Positions 26,973 to 35,850 of a DNA stretch of 64,000 bases are shown piece by piece (positions within the stretch are counted from its first letter, which is position 1; each line of letters begins with the position of its first letter). The stretch spans positions 27,137 through 91,136 of the forward strand of contig CAZYCQ010000006.1 of NCBI GenBank assembly GCA_964645535.1, read 5' to 3'. Source of the DNA: an uncultured archaeon. Lineage in GTDB: Archaea; Asgardarchaeota; Heimdallarchaeia; Heimdallarchaeales; Kariarchaeaceae. The translations under genes and the position numbers were made by a program. The notes beneath the pieces are model-generated. The model was not told where the DNA came from. It worked only from the letters and a program-made list of their open reading frames with translations, and did not search any database.

Positions 26973-27665
26973 TTAGATCAATGATTTAAGGAATGCTATG
27001 ATCTGTTTCTTTCCAATTTTTGAGGTGCCGTATTCTCTATTTCGGAAGACATAACCGAACTCACAGATTTTTCCATCCTTAGGGAAGACCTTCAGCACAT
27101 CAAAAAGGAATTTGTATCCCGTAAATTCGAGGATTTTGTCATTTTCGGCATATTTTGTGAGAACACTGGTTTTACCTCCGAAGAATCCTGACATGATATC
27201 CTTTGGGATTTGCTTTCTTCTGAGTAATAGGGAGATTTTGCCAAGTGTCTGAGCCCCTACAGAAATCAATTTTCTTGTAAAGGGCCATTCCTCGATATGA
27301 TCTCGTCTGCCGATAATAAGATCCGGATCTTGATCCATGCATGCAATGGCATCCTGAATGGATTCAGGGGGGTGTTGAAAATCTCCATCCATTATGATGA
27401 ACCACTCGGTTTCGGTATGAAGTATGCCATCCCTTATTGAAATTGTCAATCCCTTTACGGGTTCTGATTGTCTATCAAGTAATCTGACATTTGGATATTT
27501 TTTTGATTTTTCTCGAACGATATCCGTTGTCTTGTCCGTTGAGCCATCATCCACCACGACAATGTGTATCCCGGGATAGAGTTCTTGGATTTTGTCTATT
27601 AAGCGACCGATATTTTGTTCCTCATTTAGGGTCGGGACGATTACCGTAATGTTGGAAAATTCCAC
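26973..27665 (-). CDS. family 2 glycosyltransferase (dolichyl-phosphate mannose/glucose synthase-like)
   Basis: ITVIVPTLNEEQNI, VVVDDGSTDKT and MDGDFQHPP. Confidence 0.8.
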   Translation of the reverse strand: MEFSNITVIVPTLNEEQNIGRLIDKIQELYPGIHIVVVDDGSTDKTTDIVREKSKKYPNVRLLDRQSEPVKGLTISIRDGILHTETEWFIIMDGDFQHPPESIQDAIACMDQDPDLIIGRRDHIEEWPFTRKLISVGAQTLGKISLLLRRKQIPKDIMSGFFGGKTSVLTKYAENDKILEFTGYKFLFDVLKVFPKDGKICEFGYVFRNREYGTSKIGKKQIIAFLKSLI

Positions 27666-27848
27666 AAGGCATCATTTTTTCGAGTTTTCTAAGACTTTTG
27701 GTCAAGTTCGCACCATCAAAGCATTAAATCATAGACGAGTTCACAATTTTGTCATGATTTGTGATGATTTGTCAATCAAAGATGCAGGGGCGGATGAATG
27801 GACTCTAAATTGAATAGGTTTATATCTTGATCTGTTCAAAAGGTTACC

Positions 27849-28979
27849 ATGAGTATACTTTTTTGGGCATTCATCATTTCGCATGGGTTGAATGTCATTG
27901 GTTCGATCCTGATTATGATTCCGTTAATCCGTCTTTATTACCGAACAGGAATTTCTCTTGTAAATATCATGATCATGTTGTTTGGGGTATGGGGCATAAC
28001 CAACTTGCTTCTTATCATCCCAAATGTTCTTGAAATTCAGATTTTACCAATAGCACTGGCAAATATTATCGGTTCGGCATTTGCACCTGCGTTATTCCTT
28101 TTGTTTGCGGATAGGTTCGAAGGGAGAGTTTCCCCTCTCAAAACATCGGTAGCCGTCTCAATGATTCTTTTATCCATTTTCGTGGTTATTGTGAGCTTAT
28201 GGACAGGAATACTTGACATTGCAACAGTTGTGCTCATTATTGAATCGGAATCCTTGATCACCATGAGATGGGCAGAGATACCATCTCTTTTTCTTTTTCC
28301 GGGAATTCTTCTTACTGGATATTGGGTCAGGCAGGAGTTGAAGAGCACAGGTGAGCATGCGATTGATGAAAGGCAGATTGAACAGATTAAGTGGATGCAA
28401 CGGGGGAATTCGTTGACATTCTTCATTGGACCGATTTTTGGTGCTATTGGAGTGATACTGGTTTCTTTGGACAATCCGATGGCAGGAACTTGGGCATCGG
28501 AAATAATCGGATACCTGATTGTTTCGGCCGGTGTATTCATCTTTGGGATTAACTATCTGCTATCACCGGAAGTGGCATTCCTTCAACCTCAACGGGTGGA
28601 TACCTTATTGGTTCTTCATGAGACAGGTGTTCCGGTGCTCCGGTATGATTTTCGACCACCAGAGATTGAAGCAGATACAGCATTGGTCAGTGGAGCCATT
28701 ACCGCCATTACTGCAATTATGAATGAGGCGTTCGGAGTGAAATCCATGGTCAGGTCAATTCATTTTGAAGACAAAGAGTTGATGCTCCAATTTGCAGATG
28801 GTCTTGCTTTTGTGCTTATTGCAGACAGAACTTCGATTTTCCTTGAAAGCTCTCTGAAAAGGTTGAAAGAAGAGTTTGAATTAAATTTCATTGAGAAATA
28901 TGATTTTGGAGGTGGGGAAATTCTGGATCAGGCAATATTTTTGCCTGCGATCCTCAAAAGTTTCGGACTGAAAAGTTGA
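27849..28979 (+). CDS. polytopic membrane protein with a C-terminal longin-like domain (paralogous to the domain of 21580..22887)
   Basis: About 7 N-terminal TM helices, then VDTLLVLHETGVPVLRYDF...ALVSGAITAITAIMNEAFG...VRSIHFEDKELMLQFADGLAFVLIADRTS...LKRLKEEFELNFIEKY (about 28596..28976). Confidence 0.6.
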   Translation: MSILFWAFIISHGLNVIGSILIMIPLIRLYYRTGISLVNIMIMLFGVWGITNLLLIIPNVLEIQILPIALANIIGSAFAPALFLLFADRFEGRVSPLKTSVAVSMILLSIFVVIVSLWTGILDIATVVLIIESESLITMRWAEIPSLFLFPGILLTGYWVRQELKSTGEHAIDERQIEQIKWMQRGNSLTFFIGPIFGAIGVILVSLDNPMAGTWASEIIGYLIVSAGVFIFGINYLLSPEVAFLQPQRVDTLLVLHETGVPVLRYDFRPPEIEADTALVSGAITAITAIMNEAFGVKSMVRSIHFEDKELMLQFADGLAFVLIADRTSIFLESSLKRLKEEFELNFIEKYDFGGGEILDQAIFLPAILKSFGLKS

Positions 28980-29008
28980 TTCCCGAAAAATTATTCAGAA
29001 ATCCATTC

Positions 29009-30178
29009 ATGACAGATAGGAGTAAAAACCAAGGGATTTTGATTGGGGACATGGAAGTTTTGAGCGAGAATGAGCTTCGGTTATATTGTCCATTGAAGTG
29101 GCATGAAGGGATTCCTGAAGGCGGAATAGGATTAGGTATTGCAGACATTGATTTCAAGGGACCAGAAGGGATAGTTGAATGGATTTCCTCAAGATTGACG
29201 GAAGAATATCATTTCTATCAGAAACGGGAGGGGTTGGATTTTGCCATTGAGGCAGTGAAAGAATTTTTGAAGAGGAAGGAAATGGCGAATGCAACGATCC
29301 AATTGATACCGGGTACAATGGCAGGAATTTATGCAAGCATGAAATTTGCGTCTTCAATGGAAGGAGAGGTAGCAATTGTCAATCCAATCTATCCACCAGT
29401 GCATTTCCACGCCTCATCGGAAAAAAACAGGATCGCGTGGGTAGGTCTTGATGACCAATATCGATTGGATCATGACAGCCTTCAGGAAACAGTGTCAACT
29501 GATACAAAACTGCTTGGGATTGTTCATCCAAACAATCCAACAGGAACAGTTTTCACAGACGAAGATTTTCGATTGATCCGGGATTTGGCAGTTGATTATG
29601 ACTTTATCTGTTTCTCTGATGAGCTGTATGACCCATTGGCATTTAATGGGGCAAAAAAAAGCCTTGGCTCATTTGAAGGGATGGAAAACAGAACAATCAC
29701 ACTCTTCGGTTTTTCCAAGGCCTATGGACTTGCAGGATTGAGAGCAGGATTTATGGCAATTCAGCTTCAGGATTCAACAAAGATCCAGGAAATTGTGGAG
29801 CACCTATTGGTTTCTCCATCTCCTGTAACATCGATAGTGACAGAGTATGCATTGAAAGAAGAGAAAGTTTTGAAATGGGTGAAAGATTTCAGGGAGACCA
29901 TGAGAGTGAATATGGAATTTGCAAGCAAGGTGTTTGATGATGAAGGTTATAGCTGTCCAAAACCAGATGGCGGGTTGTTTGTCTTTCCAGATATAGGAAA
30001 GAAAGATGATGTCAGGTTCTGTGATCAGCTTCTTCGGGAAAAAGGGGTTGAAGTGGTGCCTGGTTCAAAATTCGGTCCAGATGGAATTGGTCACATCAGG
30101 GTGAATTGTGCTACATCGATGGAAAGATTGGAAGATGGAATCGGAAGAATTATCGAATTTTTGTCTTATGATAAGTAG
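29009..30178 (+). CDS. class I/II PLP-dependent aminotransferase
   Basis: PLP-lysine motif FGFSKAYGLAGLRAG, and HPNNPTG. Start uncertain: TTG 28976, ATG 29009 or ATG 29051. Confidence 0.8.
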   Translation: MTDRSKNQGILIGDMEVLSENELRLYCPLKWHEGIPEGGIGLGIADIDFKGPEGIVEWISSRLTEEYHFYQKREGLDFAIEAVKEFLKRKEMANATIQLIPGTMAGIYASMKFASSMEGEVAIVNPIYPPVHFHASSEKNRIAWVGLDDQYRLDHDSLQETVSTDTKLLGIVHPNNPTGTVFTDEDFRLIRDLAVDYDFICFSDELYDPLAFNGAKKSLGSFEGMENRTITLFGFSKAYGLAGLRAGFMAIQLQDSTKIQEIVEHLLVSPSPVTSIVTEYALKEEKVLKWVKDFRETMRVNMEFASKVFDDEGYSCPKPDGGLFVFPDIGKKDDVRFCDQLLREKGVEVVPGSKFGPDGIGHIRVNCATSMERLEDGIGRIIEFLSYDK

Positions 30179-30834
30179 GTAGGAGGATCCTGATCAGACA
30201 ATTTCAATGTTTTCAGGAAGAGATGAAGGTCTTCACTGAATTTTTCCGCTTTATCAATTGATTGTTCAAGAATTGAATTGAGATCTTTTGCCAACATGAA
30301 TTGTTTGAAATCGATTTCCTTGTGGTAGATCTGTTTCATGAAAGCACGTTGAGAATCATCCGCCTTGTTTTCCAATTCTTGAACCATTTTCAAGTTTGGA
30401 GTTTTTGAATCTTCAATCCATGTAAAAACTTCGGACAGGATGGAATGAAGAAAATTCAGCATTTCGTCAAGATGACTTCTTATCCACTCTTCAATGGGGT
30501 ATAGATCGATTCGATGACCAAATGCTTCAATGGAATCTATCAATGATGAAAGACCCCTAGCCATATTGTACAATGATGTTTCCTTGAAAGGAAGGAAGAT
30601 GCTTTCATTGATGATATTGTTGATCAATTCAATATAACTGTCGTTTCGTTCAGTCAGCCTAGACAGAAGGTCTTCCAATCCCTCCATGGATTGGTTTTCG
30701 ATCATTTTCTTGAAATTTTCAACTTCGATAATCAGATTTGAGAGGACAAGACCGAAAACATCTATTGTTCTGGCTTCCACAGTTTGATGCAGCAAATCCC
30801 TGTTTTCATTGGAGGAATTTTCAACCATACCCAT
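30166..30834 (-). CDS. DUF47 / PhoU-like helical protein
   Basis: FLPFKETSLYNMARGLSSLIDSIEAFGHRIDLYPI and ELENKADDSQRAFMKQIY...ILEQSIDKAEKFSEDL match the two-repeat DUF47 pattern. Confidence 0.55.
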   Translation of the reverse strand: MGMVENSSNENRDLLHQTVEARTIDVFGLVLSNLIIEVENFKKMIENQSMEGLEDLLSRLTERNDSYIELINNIINESIFLPFKETSLYNMARGLSSLIDSIEAFGHRIDLYPIEEWIRSHLDEMLNFLHSILSEVFTWIEDSKTPNLKMVQELENKADDSQRAFMKQIYHKEIDFKQFMLAKDLNSILEQSIDKAEKFSEDLHLFLKTLKLSDQDPPTYLS

Positions 30835-30964
30835 TCTAGACCACCTGAGATTTAAGGAAAGTGGAAATTGACTGGATTTCCGAGATCTAGAGGCAATTTA
30901 TTTTGCTTTTTTTTTGAGGATTTCAGGCATTTCCGAAGAACTTACCCTTATAATCTTGCGATGC

Positions 30965-32776
30965 ATGGTTCGTGAGATGACTTCGCCCCATCTTTCATGG
31001 TTTCGGATACAGAAGGAATTGTTCAAGATTTCAAAACCACACATTCATCTTTTCATTATCGGCATCATTGCAATGATAGGAGGGGTTCAACTCGGTCTTT
31101 TTACAAGTGTTGTATTTGCCTACTTCATCGATGACATAATTGTAGGTGGCAACAAGGAAAGATTTTGGATTTATCCTGTGGCCTTTATTGGATTGACGTT
31201 GCTTCAGAGTGTCTTCAATTACGGCAATAGATATTTCAATGACAAAGGAGGTTTTGTGACCACATTCGACCTAAGAAACATCATGTTCGAGAAACTTCAG
31301 CGACAGTCATTGGCAAAAATGGCAAAGGAGACCCCAGGAGAAATTCTTGCAAAGATGACCTCCGATATTGAGATAATTAGATCATATCTGTCAAGAAATT
31401 TTCGTGTGGGACTGAATGCAATTTATTATTGGGTGAGCATCGGGCTCACCATTTATCTAATCAATCCAGTCATCCTATTGATTTACCTATTGATATTGCC
31501 TTTTCTTCTTACGATTTCAGTATTTTATGGAAGGACAGTTCGCCCAATCATCAAGTCAAGGCAGAAGGAATTTGGGAAAATCTCCAATGACATTCAGGAA
31601 AAAATTGCAGGAATTGAAATAATCAAAGCATTCGGAACTGAAGAGATGGAAACAGAGAAATTCGAACAGAAAGCGCGAAGGTATCTCAGTCTTTTCCTCA
31701 AGGCAGTCATTGTTAGGCAGTTGTCCATCCCTTTGGCAGTGTTGTTCATTTCCATTGCTTCAGTTGCAGTTGTCATGCAAGGAGGGATACTGTTGATCAA
31801 TAATCCCTCCATCCCATTAACATTGGGAGAATTGATTTTGATCAACCTATTCATGCTTCAATTGAGAACACCAACAAGGCTTTTCGGGAATTTTTTGACA
31901 GGTATAAATTCAGTGACTGTGGCGGGTCAGAGAATATTTTCATTTATTTATGCTGAAGAGGACGTAAAAGATGCTGAGAACGCCACTGAGTTGAAGGTCA
32001 AATCCGGAGAAATTGAGTTCGAGAAAGTTTCTTTTGTCTATCCCAATGGAAGAAAGGTTCTGGTGGATCTTTCATTCAAGATCGAGGGGGCTTCCACAAT
32101 TGCCATTCTTGGTCCGTCGGGAAGTGGCAAATCTACACTTGTTCAACTCATCCCTCGGTTCTATGATCCAACACAGGGAAGCATCAGCATTGATGGAGTG
32201 AATATCAAGGAAGTCACGCTTGAATCCTTAAGGAGAAATATTGGGTTTGTCGCTCAAGAAACCTATCTTTTTTCTCGAACCATCAGAGAAAACATTGCAT
32301 TTGGAAAGCCTGACGCGACTATGGAGGAGGTTATTGAGGCTGCCAAGTTGGCAAAAGCCCATGATTTCATTGAAAAACTGCCAAACGGATATGAAACGAT
32401 AATTGGTGAGAGGGGGATTACTCTCTCAGGAGGTCAGCAACAGCGGATTGCGATTGCTCGAGCCCTGCTGACCAAGCCAAAAATTCTGATTTTTGATGAT
32501 AGTACAAGCTCAGTCGATGCTCAAACGGAACATGAGCTCCAGCAAGAAATTTCAACCCTTTTTGAAGGGCGAACCATAATCATAGTCACTCAAAAGTTAT
32601 CCTCCATTCGTTATGCAGACAAAATTTTGGTTTTAGATGATGGGTATCTAGTGGAATATGGGACACATGATGAACTCATGAAAAACAGGAAAATTTACCA
32701 TGAAATATTCCAAGTTCAGAGTTCAATTGAATTGGAGGAAGAAAGATTGCATCTTCTAAAGGAGGGAATGAAATAA
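30965..32776 (+). CDS. ABC exporter, fused permease-ATPase, subunit with degenerate Walker B
   Basis: Six-TM exporter domain, Walker A GPSGSGKST, signature LSGGQQQR, Walker B ILIFDDSTS (catalytic Glu replaced by Asp). Confidence 0.85.
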   Translation: MVREMTSPHLSWFRIQKELFKISKPHIHLFIIGIIAMIGGVQLGLFTSVVFAYFIDDIIVGGNKERFWIYPVAFIGLTLLQSVFNYGNRYFNDKGGFVTTFDLRNIMFEKLQRQSLAKMAKETPGEILAKMTSDIEIIRSYLSRNFRVGLNAIYYWVSIGLTIYLINPVILLIYLLILPFLLTISVFYGRTVRPIIKSRQKEFGKISNDIQEKIAGIEIIKAFGTEEMETEKFEQKARRYLSLFLKAVIVRQLSIPLAVLFISIASVAVVMQGGILLINNPSIPLTLGELILINLFMLQLRTPTRLFGNFLTGINSVTVAGQRIFSFIYAEEDVKDAENATELKVKSGEIEFEKVSFVYPNGRKVLVDLSFKIEGASTIAILGPSGSGKSTLVQLIPRFYDPTQGSISIDGVNIKEVTLESLRRNIGFVAQETYLFSRTIRENIAFGKPDATMEEVIEAAKLAKAHDFIEKLPNGYETIIGERGITLSGGQQQRIAIARALLTKPKILIFDDSTSSVDAQTEHELQQEISTLFEGRTIIIVTQKLSSIRYADKILVLDDGYLVEYGTHDELMKNRKIYHEIFQVQSSIELEEERLHLLKEGMK

Positions 32777-34572
32777 TGCATTTTGGAAACTCCTCGGATA
32801 GAAGGGAACATGGAACGGATGCTTCAGACTGGGAATTGCTGAAATTCAGTATGGGATATGTCAAGGATCACAAATACAAGGCCATTACAGCCTTGGTCGT
32901 GGTGATACTCAGTGTTTTAATAAATTTGCTCCCGGAGCTGTTCCTGAAAAAAATATTTGATGAGGACATTCCCAATGGAAATGTGGGAGCAATTCTTTCA
33001 GATGGAGGGATCATGATAGGATTGTATGTATTTTCGTGGATTTTGGGTTTTCTTAATGCGTACCTGATCACCTATATCGGTCAGGGGTCGACTTTCCGAA
33101 TGCGTACAGACATGTTTCAGAAACTGATGAAACAATCAATGAAATATTTTGAGACACATAAATCAGGTCAGATCAACTCTAGGATAACCAATGATGTCAA
33201 CACCCTGTCAAATTTCCTTGGAAGTTCGTTCATTGACATCGTTTCTGCTGTTCTCCAGTTGATAGGCATTGTGTCCATCATGATTTTTTTGGACGTTGAA
33301 TTGGGCATGATCAGTCTTTCAATCATCCCTCTTATGATTGTTCTGGCCATTTTCATAAGGGGGCCGATAAGAAGGATTTCCCAAAAGAGGCGCCAATCCG
33401 TTGCAGAGGTAACATCAAATCTTGCTGAAAATATTTCCGGACAAAAGGTATCAAAAGCTTTTGCCCGTGAAAAAGAAAACACAAAGGAGTTTGAAAAGGT
33501 CAACCGGAGGAATCTTGAGGTTCACATGAAAGCGACATCACTTTTTGCCTTAATTCAACCGCTTTTTGTGGTGATTGGATCGTTAAGCACTGTGATTCTT
33601 ATGACCTATACAGGATTAAATCCATCAAAATATTCTGTTGGCACAGTTGTCACCTTCAATGCCTATCTGAGCAGGTTTTTCTTTCCAGTGATCATTTTGA
33701 CGATGTTTTACAGCAATTATCAATCAGCTCTTGCATCACTTGAAAGGATCTATATCTTCCTTTCAGAACCGGTTGAGATTGAGGACAAGGTCAACTCCTC
33801 CCCCCTTAAGGTTGGAAAAGGAGAGATTGTGTTTGAGGATGTGGATTTTGGATATTCGCCAGACTTACTGATATTCCAAGGACTTTCTCTAAAGATTGAA
33901 GGAGGGAAAAGAACTGCGATTGTTGGGTCTACGGGAGCGGGCAAATCAACATTAATCAAACTTATTGTCCGGTTCTATGATCCATTAGTCGGAAGAGTAA
34001 TGATCGATGGTCAGGATCTGACAGAAGTGGCATTGAAATCGATCAGGGAACAGATAGGATTGATTCCTCAAAGACCATTTCTTTTCAAGGGGACAATTTA
34101 TGAAAATCTTACATATGGTACGACAATGGTTTCCCAAGAGACTGTTGAAGAGGTGGCTGAACTCATTGGATTGAAGCCGTTGATTTCGAATCTTCCGAAT
34201 GGATATGAAACGATGATCGAAGAGGGAGGGGAATCATTATCTTTAGGGCAACGACAATTGATTGCATTTGGAAGGGTATTGATACATAATCCGAAAATCT
34301 TAATATTGGATGAGGCTACAAGCTCAATGGATTCAATTTCCGAATTGAAGATCCAGAAGGCGCTTGATCTGGTGAGCAGGGATCGTACAACGGTCATTAT
34401 CGCTCACCGATTATCGACAATCAAATCCGCAGATAGGATTTTGGTGATTGAAGAGGGAAGGATCATCGAGGATGGAACCCATTTATCCCTGTTGGAAAAG
34501 AGAGGACGTTATTTGGAGCTTTACAAAAAACAATTGCAACAGACGGAAGTTCATCAAATAACAGACGAATAA
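32776..34572 (+). CDS. ABC exporter, fused permease-ATPase, consensus-site subunit
   Basis: TAATG-coupled start. Walker A GSTGAGKST, non-canonical signature LSLGQRQ, Walker B ILILDEATS. Confidence 0.85.
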   Translation: MHFGNSSDRREHGTDASDWELLKFSMGYVKDHKYKAITALVVVILSVLINLLPELFLKKIFDEDIPNGNVGAILSDGGIMIGLYVFSWILGFLNAYLITYIGQGSTFRMRTDMFQKLMKQSMKYFETHKSGQINSRITNDVNTLSNFLGSSFIDIVSAVLQLIGIVSIMIFLDVELGMISLSIIPLMIVLAIFIRGPIRRISQKRRQSVAEVTSNLAENISGQKVSKAFAREKENTKEFEKVNRRNLEVHMKATSLFALIQPLFVVIGSLSTVILMTYTGLNPSKYSVGTVVTFNAYLSRFFFPVIILTMFYSNYQSALASLERIYIFLSEPVEIEDKVNSSPLKVGKGEIVFEDVDFGYSPDLLIFQGLSLKIEGGKRTAIVGSTGAGKSTLIKLIVRFYDPLVGRVMIDGQDLTEVALKSIREQIGLIPQRPFLFKGTIYENLTYGTTMVSQETVEEVAELIGLKPLISNLPNGYETMIEEGGESLSLGQRQLIAFGRVLIHNPKILILDEATSSMDSISELKIQKALDLVSRDRTTVIIAHRLSTIKSADRILVIEEGRIIEDGTHLSLLEKRGRYLELYKKQLQQTEVHQITDE

Positions 34573-34642
34573 GCTACGCGAGGCAGTGAACCTTTAGTAG
34601 TGCTTTTTAATAATGGTGAAAATGGGAAGTTAGGAGAATAAA

Positions 34643-34804
34643 ATGCCAGTTGCAAATCCCGTACATAGAGAAATAGCAAGAAGCGTTTTGGTTGACAAAT
34701 GGGTATGCCGCAAATGCTATGCTTCTAATCCTATTGGAGCACGCAGATGCAGGAAGAAGAGGTGCAGATCACCCAATCTGAGACCCAAGAAATACAAGAC
34801 ATAA
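34643..34804 (+). CDS. rpl40e: 50S ribosomal protein L40e (53 aa, absent from the supplied ORF track)
   Basis: Hand translation gives MPVANPVHREIARSVLVDKWVCRKCYASNPIGARRCRKKRCRSPNLRPKKYKT. It has CxxC...CxxxxC zinc-ribbon spacing and a basic tail typical of L40e. GGAG lies upstream. Confidence 0.85.
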   Translation: MPVANPVHREIARSVLVDKWVCRKCYASNPIGARRCRKKRCRSPNLRPKKYKT

Positions 34805-34817
34805 TCAGGTTTCATAC

Positions 34818-35810
34818 ATGTTGAAGTTTGTCGACCTATTTTCTGGTGGTGGCGGCTCTTCAGCAGGTTACCACATGGCAGGACTAAAAACAGCTTTTGC
34901 AATAGATAGTGAATACCACTGTGTTCAAACATATCGTGCAAATTTCGGAGATGTCATAGTTCATGGAGATGTCAGCAAACTCCATTCCTATGCCATTTTA
35001 GATCGTATAGGAAATGAGAGACCATTCTTAGTCAATGCATCTCCCCCTTGTGAACCCTACACGACGGCAAATAGCAAACGTGTCAAGGATCCATATATGA
35101 GAATGTTTGACGATCCCACAGGCAGATTGATGATTCATGCCATCAGATTAATTGGAGATTTGGAACCGGAATATTATGTCATAGAAAATGTGATGGGGAT
35201 TCTCGAAGGGGAAAATGCGGATTTGATTGCGGATGAGTTTGAACGGTTGGGTTACAATCGTCCTTATTTCAATGTAATTGAGGCTCATGAATGGGGGGTG
35301 CCGTCCCGACGAACGCGTGTCTTCATTTCGAATGTCAAGCTCAAATCACCTAGATTACCACTTCAGACGGTTCGTGATGCCATCGGGGATTTGCCTCCAC
35401 CTCAATACCCAAATGATTATTCATGGCATGAATTCATCCCCCTTCCATCCAAACATACCCACAAGGTTGTTGGATTAACTGAAGGGCAGGGACTGGTATT
35501 TTTCAGGGGAGCCAAGCGAGACCACAAGAATTTCATACGGCTAAGTTTTGATAAGGTTGGGGAGGTTGTCATGGGAAAATCAAGATTTGTACATCCCACC
35601 GAAGATCGACTATTGACACCTCGGGAACATGCACGGCTTATGACTTTTCCAGACAGCCATAAATTGGTCGGAAGTCTTGAAGAGGTATATGACATAGTGG
35701 GTGAAGCAGTTCCAAGCCAAGTAGCATTTCAGATTGCCCGACAACTATTGGAACATTATGGGATTAAACAAGAGGAAATCGAAGCCAACATGTCATTCTC
35801 TGGAAAATAG
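34818..35810 (+). CDS. C5 cytosine methyltransferase (Dcm-type), solitary
   Basis: Motif I DLFSGGGGSSAG, IV ASPPCEPYT, VI VIENVMG, VIII VPSRRTRVF, then TPREHARLMTFPDSH and motif X GEAVPSQVA. Confidence 0.85.
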   Translation: MLKFVDLFSGGGGSSAGYHMAGLKTAFAIDSEYHCVQTYRANFGDVIVHGDVSKLHSYAILDRIGNERPFLVNASPPCEPYTTANSKRVKDPYMRMFDDPTGRLMIHAIRLIGDLEPEYYVIENVMGILEGENADLIADEFERLGYNRPYFNVIEAHEWGVPSRRTRVFISNVKLKSPRLPLQTVRDAIGDLPPPQYPNDYSWHEFIPLPSKHTHKVVGLTEGQGLVFFRGAKRDHKNFIRLSFDKVGEVVMGKSRFVHPTEDRLLTPREHARLMTFPDSHKLVGSLEEVYDIVGEAVPSQVAFQIARQLLEHYGIKQEEIEANMSFSGK

Positions 35811-35850
35811 ATTTAAAATCTCCACAGAAAAATAAACATGGGTAAAGTAA

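Noticed and set aside
27735-27830. GTGATGA (C-box-like) and tandem TGATTTG motifs upstream of 27849, considered as a C/D box sRNA
   Set aside because: No D' or D box (CTGA) lies at the required spacing and no terminal stem is present. Most likely just promoter-region sequence.
34717-34941. 74-aa minus-strand ORF
   Set aside because: It overlaps the hand-identified L40e gene and the start of the C5-MTase, both with strong family signatures.
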